Shown one piece after another: positions 51,299 through 64,000 of a stretch of DNA of 64,000 nucleotides (position 1 is the first letter of the stretch; the number at the start of each line of letters is the position of its first letter). Position numbers and translations under genes: made by a program. The DNA is from Paraspadella gotoi (lineage: Eukaryota > Animalia > Chaetognatha): assembly GCA_051294375.1 (NCBI GenBank), contig CM119265.1, positions 24,276,247 to 24,340,246 of the forward strand, written 5' to 3'. Under the pieces are notes generated by a model that did no database searches, was not told the DNA's origin, and saw only the letters and a list, made by a program, of their open reading frames with translations.

Positions 51299-51418
51299 TT
51301 GTAATAAAAAAATTTTAAAATATGGAAAAAATTTAAAAAAAAAAAAGAAGAGCATAAAGGAAAGCAAAGGAAATGAAGAAAAAGTATAAGTGATACTAAA
51401 CGATCGATAAACGACATC

Positions 51419-51569
51419 AAACGCGATCTAAAGCGATATAACGCGATCTAAAGCGATCTAAAGCGATCTAACGCGATCTAACGCGATCTAAAGCGATAGA
51501 GCGTGATCTAAAGCGATCTAACGCGATCTAAAGCGATATAACGCGATCTAAAGCGATCTAAAGCGATCA
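51419..51569. repeat. 10-bp tandem repeat (a[ac]gcgatcta)n, ~15 units
   Basis: Direct reading. Confidence 0.9.
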
Positions 51570-53000
51570 AAGGCGTCGGGGAAATCGAATTCATGACACC
51601 AAAGAGTCACGCCCTTTCATAATTCGAAAAGGGCAAAGTCGTCGTTATCGTCGTCGTCGTCGTCGTCGTCGTTATCGTCGCCGTCGCCGTCGCCGTCGCC
51701 GTCGTCGTCATCATCATCCTCATTAGCAAAAGAGAAAAAAAGCAAAAAAGCAAAAAAGTAAAAAATCAAAAAAGCAAAAAAGCACTCTCGTTCGTTGTCA
51801 TTATCGTCGCCTTCGTTGTTCTCTCCGTCGTCGTCGTCATCGTTGTCTTTTTCGTCGACGTCGTCNNNNNNNNNNNNNNNNNNNNNNNNNNNNNNNNNNN
51901 NNNNNNNNNNNNNNNNNNNNNNNNNNNNNNNNNNNNNNNNNNNNNNNNNNNNNNNNNNNNNNNNNNNNNNNNNNNNNNNNNNNNNNNNNNNNNNNNNNNN
52001 NNNNNNNNNNNNNNNNNNNNNNNNNNNNNNNNNNNNNNNNNNNNNNNNNNNNNNNNNNNNNNNNNNNNNNNNNNNNNNNNNNNNNNNNNNNNNNNNNNNN
52101 NNNNNNNNNNNNNNNNNNNNNNNNNNNNNNNNNNNNNNNNNNNNNNNNNNNNNNNNNNNNNNNNNNNNNNNNNNNNNNNNNNNNNNNNNNNNNNNNNNNN
52201 NNNNNNNNNNNNNNNNNNNNNNNNNNNNNNNNNNNNNNNNNNNNNNNNNNNNNNNNNNNNNNNNNNNNNNNNNNNNNNNNNNNNNNNNNNNNNNNNNNNN
52301 NNNNNNNNNNNNNNNNNNNNNNNNNNNNNNNNNNNNNNNNNNNNNNNNNNNNNNNNNNNNNNNNNNNNNNNNNNNNNNNNNNNNNNNNNNNNNNNNNNNN
52401 NNNNNNNNNNNNNNNNNNNNNNNNNNNNNNNNNNNNNNNNNNNNNNNNNNNNNNNNNNNNNNNNNNNNNNNNNNNNNNNNNNNNNNNNNNNNNNNNNNNN
52501 NNNNNNNNNNNNNNNNNNNNNNNNNNNNNNNNNNNNAAACTAATTGAAAAAAAGTTAGCATTAGAAAACTATTAGTCAAGAATTATTCATATTTTAATGA
52601 TAATGATAACTTAACCGAATAAATAATTTAAGCATTTTAACTCTTTTAATCAATTCAAACACAATCGATGAAAACAAATCCACGGCTTATAGCGTTTAAT
52701 TATGATACAGATAGTTCACATCGTTTCGTTCTAACCCATTTAATCAATCATTTTATCAATAAAAAGCCTAAATCTATATTAAATTTATAATAACTGCCAA
52801 ACGACAACGAATAAAAACTTTTGTATTCATCTCCCGATCCCAAAGAAAAAAGAAAAAAATCCCTGATTCAGAATTTCAGATCATTCAACCTTTTCCTTCT
52901 CTAAATCATTCGTCCAGAGAAGAAAAAAAGAAATGTGCGAAAAAAGATTTCTCTTCCTTTTTTTATTTCTTTTTTTTCCTTTTTTTTTTATCTCGGCCAC

Positions 53001-53065
53001 CAGCACTCGGCCAAAGGCATCGATGACCCATGAGGCCCGTCTTAAAATATGGATTGTTGGGCGAA
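53001..53065 (-). CDS. Tentative Ig-superfamily gene exon
   Basis: Branch-like ctaac plus tattttcccAG; SPNNPYFKTGLMGHRCLWPSA. Phase 2 to 1 bridges the neighbouring exons, but the donor (G|GTGGCC) is weak. Confidence 0.35.
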
Positions 53066-54830
53066 CTGGGAAAATAGGTTAGAATTCCTCTCTCTCTCTC
53101 TCTTACCCGTACGTAAGAAAAACTCACCTTTTCACTAAATGTAGATTTTTTTTAATTCATTTCTTGATTATCTTTTACTTCTCTCTTTTTATATCTCTTT
53201 TTCAACTGATTTTTTCATAATCCTCGTGCGCAGGAGAGGCCACTCAATGTTCTACTTCTCTCTCTCTCATCTCTCTCTCATTCTCTCTCTCTCTTCTTCT
53301 TCTCTCTCTCTCTCTATTCTTCTCTTCTCCTGCTTTTCACTGTTTTCGTAAAACGCTCAGAGACGTGCAGTCATGTCGTCGCGTTTTTTCTCTACGAAAT
53401 AAAAACGCCCTGCTCTTACTCTCTCTTTCTCTCGTGCTCTTCTTCTTCTCTTCTTCGTCTCTCTCTCTCTCTCTCTTTCTCTCTCTTCTCATTACTCTCT
53501 CTCCTTCTCTCTCCCTCTCTCTCTCTCTCCTTTCTGCATTCTCTCTTACTGCTTTCCTCTCCCTCTTCTCTCCCTCTCCCTTCCTGCTCTTTCTCTCTTC
53601 TCGTGTCCGCCTTATTGCTTTTTGTTTTTCCTCTTTTGCCCTCGGTAACTATTATTGTCGTGAGATTGTTTTCGGCTTTCCAAAAATCTTTATCGTCCCC
53701 CCTCGCTGCCCCTTCCGCCATCCTTTCACGTTTGTGCCTCCCCTCCAATGTTGCGTTCTCGCGACTCGTTCAACTGTTTGANNNNNNNNNNNNNNNNNNN
53801 NNNNNNNNNNNNNNNNNNNNNNNNNNNNNNNNNNNNNNNNNNNNNNNNNNNNNNNNNNNNNNNNNNNNNNNNNNNNNNNNNNNNNNNNNNNNNNNNNNNN
53901 NNNNNNNNNNNNNNNNNNNNNNNNNNNNNNNNNNNNNNNNNNNNNNNNNNNNNNNNNNNNNNNNNNNNNNNNNNNNNNNNNNNNNNNNNNNNNNNNNNNN
54001 NNNNNNNNNNNNNNNNNNNNNNNNNNNNNNNNNNNNNNNNNNNNNNNNNNNNNNNNNNNNNNNNNNNNNNNNNNNNNNNNNNNNNNNNNNNNNNNNNNNN
54101 NNNNNNNNNNNNNNNNNNNNNNNNNNNNNNNNNNNNNNNNNNNNNNNNNNNNNNNNNNNNNNNNNNNNNNNNNNNNNNNNNNNNNNNNNNNNNNNNTTTT
54201 GACCTTTTCTCGCCTCTTCTTTTTCCCCCCCATTTTTTTATGTCGTTCCTTTTTTAGCGACCGATCTTAATCATTTTACGAATTCGTTATTTAATTTTTT
54301 TTCTTTTAATATTTTATAATTCGCCGGACATGAAATATATATGAGGAGAGATTTTCCAAAATTGTCTGTATTGCTTTGTTTTATTAGCTCGATATTTAAA
54401 TGTTAAATATTCAACGTTAACGGGTCTTCGGGCTTATTTTCCCAAAACGCCCCTTTTGATATAATATTTCAAGAGGTAAGGGTTTAGGATTAAGTTATGG
54501 ATTAAGGTGGGAGATATGGTTGGTGATGAGGATTAGTGATTAAGGATTTGGTTAAATTGGTTATGGTTAGGGATTAAATAGTTTTTTTAAGTTTTTAATC
54601 TTTTAATCTTTTTCTCTCAAATACGTTTTTTCCTTTAACCTTAAATTAATTCCTCCTTTTTTTCCATTTCCCCTCCCAACCAAGGCCTTTGTCATAATTT
54701 GCTTCTCAATATTTCTTTTAAAGTAATAATTAAATCTTTTAAAGTAATAATTAAATCTTTCTTTCCATTTCTCCCTTCATCCTTTTTTACCTCTTTTTTT
54801 CATTTTACCTCTTTCCTTACCCTGCCTCAC

Positions 54831-54990
54831 CTATTAGGAGATAAGTAGGAGGGCAGAAAGGGCGAGGCGGAGACGACGTTGCAGACCGGTTTGGAGACAA
54901 CGGAGAGTTTGCCCATGAAGTCGTTCCCGCATTTGTAAGATCCCCCATCTTCGAGTTGAGTGTTGGTGATGTGGATGTAGTAGGTGCGAC
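54831..54990 (-). CDS. Ig-superfamily gene exon (Ig E-F-G strands)
   Basis: ccctcctccAG acceptor; (G)RTYYIHITNTQLEDGGSYKCGNDFMGKLSVVSKPVCNVVS contains the Ig D-x-G-x-Y-x-C motif; donor AG|GTGAG. Confidence 0.8.
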
Positions 54991-56379
54991 CTGGAGGAGG
55001 GGGTGGTTGGAGAGATTGATGGAGGAAGGGAGGGAGGAAGGAGGAAAGGAGAGAGTGAGGGAGGAAAAGGAAAGAGAGGTAAGGAAAAGGCAGGAAAGGA
55101 AAGGGAGGTAATGAAGGGAAAAATGAGATTAAAGAAATCGATTTATTGCGGTTGATGAAAGATGTGATTGAGCAACACTTTAGTATTGGGAAATGCAAAT
55201 AAATAAATTTTCTAATTTCGAATAGTTGTGAATTTGTAAAAGTTTTAAATGAGGTGTAGAAACTCGTTTCAATATTTATTTTTTTTCCTTTTCATCCACT
55301 ATATTATCTCAATCATCACTCTATCATCACACTGCTATCTCTTCACGTTTCCATCACTATCTCAGACTACTTATTATATAATCTTTTCACCATCTATTTG
55401 CACCGTNNNNNNNNNNNNNNNNNNNNNNNNNNNNNNNNNNNNNNNNNNNNNNNNNNNNNNNNNNNNNNNNNNNNNNNNNNNNNNNNNNNNNNNNNNNNNN
55501 NNNNNNNNNNNNNNNNNNNNNNNNNNNNNNNNNNNNNNNNNNNNNNNNNNNNNNNNNNNNNNNNNNNNNNNNNNNNNNNNNNNNNNNNNNNNNNNNNNNN
55601 NNNNNNNNNNNNNNNNNNNNNNNNNNNNNNNNNNNNNNNNNNNNNNNNNNAAAAAAAGAAAAAAGGAGGAAAGGAAAGATAAAAAAAGGAAAGACATCAT
55701 AACTCACAATCGAGATCGCGACCTCAATTCCGATGACTTTTCTGCTCCCTCTGGCGAGAGAGAATGCTGGCCGGACTCTCGGAGTTGGATGAGAATGGGG
55801 AGGGAGGGGGNNNNNNNNNNNNNNNNNNNNNNNNNNNNNNNNNNNNNNNNNNNNNNNNNNNNNNNNNNNNNNNNNNNNNNNNNNNNNNNNNNNNNNNNNN
55901 NNNNNNNNNNNNNNNNNNNNNNNNNNNNNNNNNNNNNNNNNNNNNNNNNNNNNNNNNNNNNNNNNNNNNNNNNNNNNNNNNNNNNNNNNNNNNNNNNNNN
56001 NNNNNNNNNNNNNNNNNNNNNNNNNNNNNNNNNNNNNNNNNNNNNNNNNNNNNNNNNNNNNNNNNNNNNNNNNNNNNNNNNNNNNNNNNNNNNNNNNNNN
56101 NNNNNNNNNNNNAAGGAATTAAAATAAGGAAAGGAAATAAAAGGAAAAGGGAGGAAGAGGAAGAGAAAAGGCTGAAGGAAAAGAAGAGATAGAGGATAGA
56201 GAGGATGGAGGACAAGGAGGATGGAGGACATGGAGGAAGGAGGACAAGGAAAGGCGGAGGAGGAGGACAACGAGGATAAAGGACAAGGAGAGGACAAGGA
56301 TGTGAACAGAGAAGCGATTTTCGGAAGAGAAAAATTTAGGCGAGGGAAAGAAAAGAATAGAAATGAATAGAAAAGAAAA

Positions 56380-56775
56380 AAAGAAAAGAAAAGAAAAAAA
56401 GAGAGAAAAAGAAAAGAAAAGTAAAGCAAAGCAAAGAAAAGAAAAAAAAATAAAGCAAAGAAAAGAAAAGAAAAAAAAAGAAAAAAAAGCAAAGCAAAGC
56501 AAAGCAAAGCAAAGCAAAGCAAAGCAAAACAAAGCGAAAAAAGGAAAAGAAAAGAAAAGTAAAGCAAAGAAAATCAAAGCAAAGCAAAGCAAAGCAAAGC
56601 AAAGCAAAGCAAAGCAAAGCAGAGCAAAGCAAATAGAATAACATAAAAGAAAAGAAAAGAAAAGAAAAGAACTGAAATGAAAAAAAAACAAAGAAAAGAG
56701 AAGAATAGTAAAAAAAAGAAAAAAAAGAGGAAAAGAAAAGAAAAGAAAAGAAAAGAAAAGAAAAGAAAAGAAAAG

Positions 56776-56806
<31 letters not shown>

Positions 56807-56810
56807 GAAA
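56380..56810. repeat. (AAAGC)n/(AAAAG)n compound microsatellite
   Basis: Direct reading. Confidence 0.95.
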
Positions 56811-57064
56811 AACGAATATAAAATAGAATAGAAAAAAGGGAAACTCAAAAAAGAAACAGAAAAAAGAAAAGACCAGCTGAGGACGACAAAAGTCTTTCGT
56901 CCGAGCCACGGGAAAATGTCCGCGCGGCGTCGCTGCCTCCGCGGCCGCTCCGCCGCTCTGCTGCTCTGCAGCTCCGCCTCGATACTTAATCACAATAAAA
57001 GCTCATTTTTCGAGAGAAAAGAAAACCAATAATCATAATCATAAAGCGAAAAACTGGGAGATGG

Positions 57065-57146
<82 letters not shown>

Positions 57147-58144
57147 AGAGAGAGAGATGTGGTGGGGTGAAAAGAATTTAATGGCGGTACACGATGCCAA
57201 AGCTCTTGACAAGACGAAAAACAAGGTAGAAAAAAAAGAATTTAAAAAAAACAGAAAATGAAAGATGAGAAATGACGAATGAAGAGACGCAAGTTGAGTA
57301 GTTGAGGGGTTGAGGAGTTTAGGAGGTGATAAAATGAGGAGTTGAGGAAATGAGGAGTTAAGAACTAAATGAGCATTTATGTGGTTAAGAGTGAAATTAC
57401 TAAATGTAGTTTGCAAATTGAGTAGGGAAACATCGGTGGTCAAATGACTCATAAGTCTAACCACTTTCAAGACCATTCAAGTATTTAGTGAAATGATCTA
57501 CATACCGAGAACGGGTTTAACGAGGTGATCGTTTTTAACGAGTTTGCTCGAACGGGATGAAAGGTTTCGATTTAAAATTAATGATTCGCTTGGGTTTATG
57601 GGACTTAAGGGTACCCGAAGGATTTTTATATTTGAAACGGTTTTGTACGAGCGATTAGATTGGTTTGATTTAGTGCTTAACTGACTAAATGATTAAATGA
57701 TTTTAAGATTAATTGATTGATTTATTGATTTAATTTAACAAACTAAATTGATTGATTTTATCGATTTGATTGAATTATTCTGCCTGATCGTAACTTCAAA
57801 GACTTCCTTCCGCCCATTTTCGGGGTTGAGACTGAGACAAAGAAAAAAACAAATAAAAAGACAATGACCAAGAAAAAAACAACGACACAAAGAAAGACCA
57901 AGATAAAAAAAGGGTAAAAACAGAGGGAAAAACAAAGAAAAAGACAAAGACAAGGACAAAGATCTGATGCAAACGTTAATTGTCCAGAAATTGCGCGACG
58001 GTGGGCGAGTAAGACGAGGACGAAGCTCAGAATAGGATGACGTCGAAAACAACGAATAACTCGCAACAAGACTTAAGTCGATTCGCGACGCCATTTTCCA
58101 ATTACCCAACGGATTCCGTCTTCCTTCCTTTTCCTAACCCTCTT

Positions 58145-58500
58145 TTTCTCCTTCTAGATTTTCTTTCTTTTTCTCCTTCTTTTTTTTCTTTAGTTTCTTT
58201 TTCTCCTTCTAGAGTTTCTTTCTTTTTCTCCTTCTTTTTTTTCTTTAGTTTCTTTTTCTCCTTCTAGATTTTTTTTCTTTTCCTCCTTCTTTTTTTTTCT
58301 TTAGTTTCTTTTTCTCCTTCTAGATTTTCTTTCTTTTTCTCCTTTTTTTCTTTAGTTTCTTTTTCTCCTTCTAGATTTTCTTTCTTTTTCTCCTTCTTTT
58401 TTTTTCTTTAGTTTCTTTTTCTCCTTCTAGATTTTCTTTCTTTTTCTCAATCTTTTTTTTCTTTAGTTTCTTTTTCTCCTTCTCGTTTTTCTTTCTCTTT
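58145..58500. repeat. ~55-bp pyrimidine-rich tandem repeat, ~6 units
   Basis: ttctccttctagattttctttctttttctccttc(t)nctttagtttc recurs. Confidence 0.8.
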
Positions 58501-60300
58501 CTCCTTCTTTTATTTATTCTTTAGTTTCTCCCTTTTTTTTCTCTAGTTTCTTTTTCTCTTTATTTTTTCTTTTATTGCTTGTACTATGTACTTCCTTCTC
58601 CTTAATATTTCCCTTTCTCCTCCTAATTTTTTTTCCTATTTACTCCTCTCCTACTGCTACTTCTTCTTCTCTTATTTTCGTTCTTCTTCTTCTTCTTCTT
58701 TATCTTCTTCTTTTTCTTCTTCTTCGGAATCGAAAAAAGGAAAATTGGTTCGATCAACCGACGCAAAGTCTTAGACGTTCAGATTTGGGGGTAGGAAGTG
58801 GGGGGAGGTAATGGGGGGAGGTAATGGTGGATGGAAGGGGGGAGGCAAGGGGGAAGGAAATGGGGGAAGGAAAGAGAGAAGAAAATGGAAGAAAGATGGA
58901 AATTTAAAAAGGTAGAGTGGGAGATCGAAAGGAGGATCGAAAATAGTGAGAAATGAGATTAAAAATGGAAATGGGATTAAAAAGAAGAAAGCGTTAATAT
59001 AATATATATATATGCATATATATAAAAAAAAAACCAGTTCAATGGTTAACGACTTTTTTGTCCGATATATTTTCCGATTTGACATAAATTCTTTTTTTCC
59101 AGCGCAAAATATTTAATATTTTCTCTCATTTCGCCAGGAAAATAATCAAGAGTTGAAAAACCTTGAAGAAAAAACGATTTACGTAGGCGAGTGACGACTG
59201 ACGAAGACAAGTCGCGACTGGAGAAAGAGAAAGATAAGATAAAAGAAAAAGAAAAAGAAAAAGAAAAAGAAAAAGAAAAAGAAAAAGAAAAAGATAAACA
59301 GGAACCGACGAGTTCATGGTTTTGCGTCGAAGTCATTTTCTGATTGTGAACGCATTATCAGATGATCACGTGACTGTTTAAGTGTGAAACATATTCACAA
59401 CAGGCATGATAATTTTATAATTATCAATTTTTTGGGTAAATTTTAAACAAAAAGAAAATAAAGTATTACACAAAATAAATCTCTTTAACTTTCTAATCAC
59501 ATGACTGTATTTTTACCTCACCTCTCCGCAAAGTATTAATTAAAATAAGTCGGTGTTATTTCAATTATGGTTTTTTTTCAACTGATCACGTTACTGCATA
59601 AGTAAAAATCACAAGGACATTGAGCATCTTTTTGAATAATGTATATATATATCACTTTAATGTTTATCATACTATAATAACTAAAACAAAGCAATGTTTC
59701 TCGTACTAAAACCATCGAAGTTCATTCGGGAGAAAAAAGATAAAATAAAAGAATGAAAACGGAAAGATAAAATCCGATAAAATCACGACTCCATTTCAAT
59801 TTTCTAAAGTTTGAGATATGTCTTTATAACTTGTAAACAAATTTAAATCCGTAAAAGTTAAGATATAATTCCATTCATCAAGCGGAATAGTAAACGAATA
59901 AAAATCAATAAGAAAATGGCCACTTTAGAATAAAAAAACTCCTTCCAGTTCGCAAAAAAATGGAATAAGAAAGCAAACAAAAAAAGAAAGAAATAAAAAG
60001 AAAGAAAGTTTGCAATCAATGTGGCGGCTAAAAGTCGCCCACACCGGAACTGCTGAGGATTCTTTTCCATTAACGATGACTCCAGATTCTCTCCTCATTT
60101 TCTTCTTCTTTTTTTTTTGTTTTACGAAAAAGAGAAAAAAAAAATTGTTTTTTTTAACTTTGTTTTTGTTTTCGTTTTTCATTTTCGTTTTGCTTTCTCA
60201 TCTTTTCGGCGTCAATAATCCGGAAGAAAGCAATCTTTGAAAAAGAGACGAGAGAAAGAGAGAAAGAGAGAGAAAGGGAGATAGAAGAGAGAGTGAGAGG

Positions 60301-60347
<47 letters not shown>

Positions 60348-60796
60348 GATAAAAAGACGGAATGTTGCCTCTTGCGCCAGAAAAAATATCTCAAAATATC
60401 TCGAATAAAGAGTCGGGTCCGTAGAGGTATCTTTGCGACAACAGCACCGCTCCCAACATTCCCGGGTTTCGATTCCATCCAAAAATCCCCTGCGTAATCG
60501 TATAATTTTTTTTCGGCATTAATTTTTTATTGTTCTTTTTATTTATTTATAATTATATATTATTTTTTTACTAATCACTTAAATAAGAGAGATGTTTTCA
60601 AAACGGTTCTCTCTTGATGTACTTTCGTGGTGAAGTCGTAATGAAATCACAAATGATTTGCAAGTGATTCCACCTGATACTTGCGCCCTCTGTCTCTTCG
60701 TTCTTGATTAATTTAAAATTTTGTTTGAAACGAAAAATAACAGAGTGAGACGAAAAAGGTGGTCAGTTCACTCCTCTCTCCCTCTATCTCTCTCTC

Positions 60797-61373
60797 TGTG
60801 GCAGGACATCAGAGGGCAGATTATCTGATATCTGAGCCGACAGTCATGACAACTGAGAGACTTAGTTCTAAGATATTAGACAGCTTGATAATATTTATCA
60901 GAGAGTTATTATTGCAGGAAAGTAATCGTTATTTATCGAATGGATTGGCACCCTTGATTTGATTGGTAGAATTATTTAATTCGAGTTTAAAGTTTCTCCA
61001 TAGAATAATGTATTGACTTTACATTTAGAGATGTGAGATAAAAACAATGTCGAATTTAATATAAATTGTTTATATTTGATCAAGAGATTAAAACCAGTCT
61101 GAGTCAACCTCAGAAAACAATCATAAAGAAAGCAGTCAGGAAACAAAAGTAAATCACTCGAGACATCTTCTGGCGGATGATTTAAGTTGGCAATCGATAA
61201 ACAAAAGTCTTCTTCGATTTAAAGTTATTTATCAGGATTTAGGAGCTTTGGATTTCAGGCCGTCTGGTCGGCTGCGATCGATGATCAACGCATCCCGGAT
61301 CCTTGGGGCCCGGGTAGATACCCGGAGTGGAGAGATTAATTCCTAAATGAATTGATCTGCTGAGGTGGCCGCA
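60797..61373 (-). mobile_element. Probable 3' LTR of the Gypsy element (~577 bp)
   Basis: On the minus strand a purine tract aagggggcg directly precedes TGCGGC at 61373; the candidate end GCCACA at 60797 gives TG...CA inverted termini. The second LTR lies outside the window. Confidence 0.5.
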
Positions 61374-61576
61374 CGCCCCCTTGTCGAAAATATATATGGG
61401 TAATACTTAATAATATAATTCGATAATAACATATGTTGTCGTCACCGAATGATGAATGAATGTTTAAAAATACTAAATCATAAAATATATAATGGGTATA
61501 TACAACATAAATAGATGGCAGACTGAACTTCTGACTTTCGAAATCTTCATATCTTCATCTTCAAATTTCCAAAAAT

Positions 61577-64000
61577 TCAAAAATATAAAATTTTACAAAA
61601 TACACAAAATATTATACTATAAAGGATAACCATATGCGCTTGTCGCAGTGGCATCGGGGTTTTGTTGTTGTTATTTTCTTTTTGTTGACGTCGAAGCATT
61701 TCTTTTAGAACGGGGGATCGCGTAAGATAGGGCGGTCGTTTGTTGTTGTTATTGTCTTCGTCGTCATTATTGTTGTTATTTTTCACTCTCTGCTTGTCTC
61801 TGTAGTTGTTCCTCCGTCTTGGTTTTTATTGAGAAGTTCTCCGTCGTCGATTTAGAGAATCTCACGTTGGCTCTTTTACCGCTTGCGTTTTTTGTTGTTG
61901 TTGGTCATTATTTTCTTGGAGATCGAGATGGCGAGCGAGAAGGCCGGAGATAGGAGGCGAGGAGGGTTGGGGAGAGTGGGAGGATGTGTTTGGGGGTGAG
62001 AGAAGTGGGGGGGGGGGGGGTGGGGATGGGGGAGGAGGAGGAGGGCGCGCTCGTTGTGGCTGTCGATCTCGTGATTCGCGTCGTTGGCGATGGAAAACGA
62101 GTTCTTATCTGGCTGACGCCTGGGACGACGGCGTTGGCGTTCCACAGGTTCGTCGGCCTCAACAATTATCCTCACTAATCCAAGCAGCGTTTACTCTTGC
62201 GATGTTTACGACCTCCGCGACCATACTTGGAATCTCAATTGTCATTATTTAATCCTTTTCTGTTGAGATACATATAAGGGCCTTCGTATGGAGGAGTGAA
62301 GAGGCGATTTATTCCTGCCCGGTATTAACGAAGACGAATTGAGCTGAGTCCAGGTTGGTCGGAATGTGGATCGGACGGCTGGTGATGTGCAGAGGTCGCG
62401 GTAGTTGAAGGCGAGCCACTTCGACGCGTAGACTCGCGAGTTGGTTTTCGACGATGGCGTTGGAGGTTGGGAGTCGTCGGTTTGGGCTTCCCGAGGATAC
62501 TCCCGGGGACGGTGATTCCTTCCCCGAAGACTAAGTCGGCGGCTGAGGCGCCGATATCCTCTTTGACGGTTGTACGAATCGGAGGAGCGTCCAGGTGGGA
62601 GTTTCCAATACCAATTCTCTTTTTCGTTTCGTGCCAACCGCCATAGAGACTCTTTCAAACGTCTATGAAACCGCTCAACCAATCGTTGGCTTTGCGGTGA
62701 TATGCCGTTGTCATGGAGTGGCTTGATGCCCCCATTGGCTTGTCAACTGACGCCACAACGCCGAATTAATTGGGATACCTCGGTCAGTGGTTATTACGCC
62801 GTGTCCAAAATTACTAATCAGTCGTGACTAAATGCCGTCGAGGATTGTTGTCGTCAGTGTATCCTTCAACGGGGGATCGCTGTTTGCCATCGAGAGAAGC
62901 GATCTACGATAGTTAAGAGATGTTTGAATCGTTCGAATTTGGCATTTTTACTAGATCGAGATCAAATGCTGAAACCTGCGTGGCCGGAAATTTTAAATTC
63001 CCCATCTCTGGATAGTGTGCTTTTACCTTTGCCTTTGGCAGTCTGTGCACTCTATGGCCCATTCGTCACATCCTGCTTCATGCTAGGCATACAAATTTTG
63101 CAGAAATTGATTTTCGAGTTGCTTCGATGCCTGGGTGGCCGAGGCCGTGCATTATGTCGAAAAACTTTCTACGCCAAGCTGAAGGAACGAAAGGGCGCTG
63201 CGGCCATTCGAAACGTCGACGAGAAGTTGTCGTTGCCCGATTTTTTATTTTTCGAAAGGCGAAGGCCGGATCGTGCATCCTCTGAGATTCTCTAAAATCT
63301 AATCGAGATTTTGTTCGCGAGCTAATTGTTTCGGAAATCTATTTCAAAACGTCGTGGAGAGAGGCGAATCACAGCTTTTACATCCTCAAGGGCGATTCGG
63401 TTTCACTGCTTTTTCGTTTTGTTCGTCAAGTTGGGGTAGTTTGTTGTTGTTGTTGTTGTCGCTGACTTCGTTGTTATCGTTGTCGACGTTAGGTGCTACG
63501 ATTTTTGCTGATGTTTGGTCGACGTTAACTGCTACGATTTTGGCGGCTGTTTCGTTGGCGTCTTTTTTCGACTGCTGCTGCTGCGACGAGGCGGCTGCGG
63601 CTGCTGACGATGAGTTTGGACGCGATGAGGGCGTCAGCGACAACGTTTGCTTTCCCTTTTAAATACCTTATGTCCGTCGTGAATTCCGCAATGACGGACA
63701 ATTGGTATGCTGGCGTGCTGTTTGAGGCTCTGACTTTTTCTTGAGCGCAGGGATTAAACTCTGATGATCAGTGTATATCGTGAAGTTTCTGCCTTCGACC
63801 CAGTGGCGGATAATGACGTACACGCGCGAAGGCGCCGTAGAGTCACGGTCGCAAGGGAGGCCATAGTTTCTGATTTTTCCGCCAGCTTTGCCGAAAAAAC
63901 ACCCCACCTTCGGGCCGCGCTGCTCCAATCGGCTCTACGCGTGGTCTGACGCGTCTGTAGTGATACAGAGCTGAGCTCCGCTTCGAGGGTGGGTGGAGAA
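61577..64000 (-). mobile_element. pol: Ty3/Gypsy LTR retrotransposon pol (RNase H, linker, integrase, long C-terminal tail), frameshifted
   Basis: TDASD, IRHWVEGRNFTIYTDHQSL and KGKANVVADAL (RNase H); MHGLGHPGIEATRK...C..CQ (zinc finger); HLLTIVDRFSRW and VERFHRRLKESL (core); PPYEGPY (GPY/F motif); RNase H before integrase. Confidence 0.92.

Noticed and set aside
51419-51569. Common origin of the 10-bp and 24-bp repeats (shared gatctaa core)
   Set aside because: The shared core is too short to distinguish from chance.
1521-60482. Numerous ORF-track proteins made of SL/RE, HSFI, FALLC, poly-D or X runs
   Set aside because: They are translations of (CT)n, (TTCA)n, (AAAGC)n and (GAC)n microsatellites or of N gaps.

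Overview
AT-rich, microsatellite-dense eukaryotic (probably invertebrate animal) scaffold, partly built from error-rich long-read gap fills: five gaps of exactly 25 N sit beside duplicated sequence, and there is one 100-N join. Almost all ORF-track entries are low-complexity noise; the real genes are spliced. (1) A minus-strand immunoglobulin-superfamily gene with phase-compatible exons at 54990-54831, 53065-53001 (tentative), 49304-49232, 48835-48773 and 115-11. (2) Inside its apparent giant intron, a plus-strand three-exon EamA/SLC35G-like transporter (45521 to ~48148, frameshifted). (3) Also inside it, a two-exon 62-aa microprotein ending in a CaaX box (KKCVIL; 4283-3739, minus) with a twin-CCAAT promoter. 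(4) At the right end, a frameshifted Ty3/Gypsy pol (RNase H-integrase) with a probable 3' LTR. The block ~4.6-15 kb occurs again in inverted pieces at 18.9-24.8, 33.6-34.3 and 37-39.6 kb, most likely a second haplotype or misassembly. Comparing the copies shows filled and empty sites for two hAT-like elements with 8-bp TSDs, a short retroposon-like insert, a Tc1-like insert and a 2.6-kb array of a ~70-bp unit. Also present: a CCA-bearing tRNA-Leu 3'-half flanked by a TSD, a tRNA-Trp-like relic and a pre-miRNA-like hairpin.
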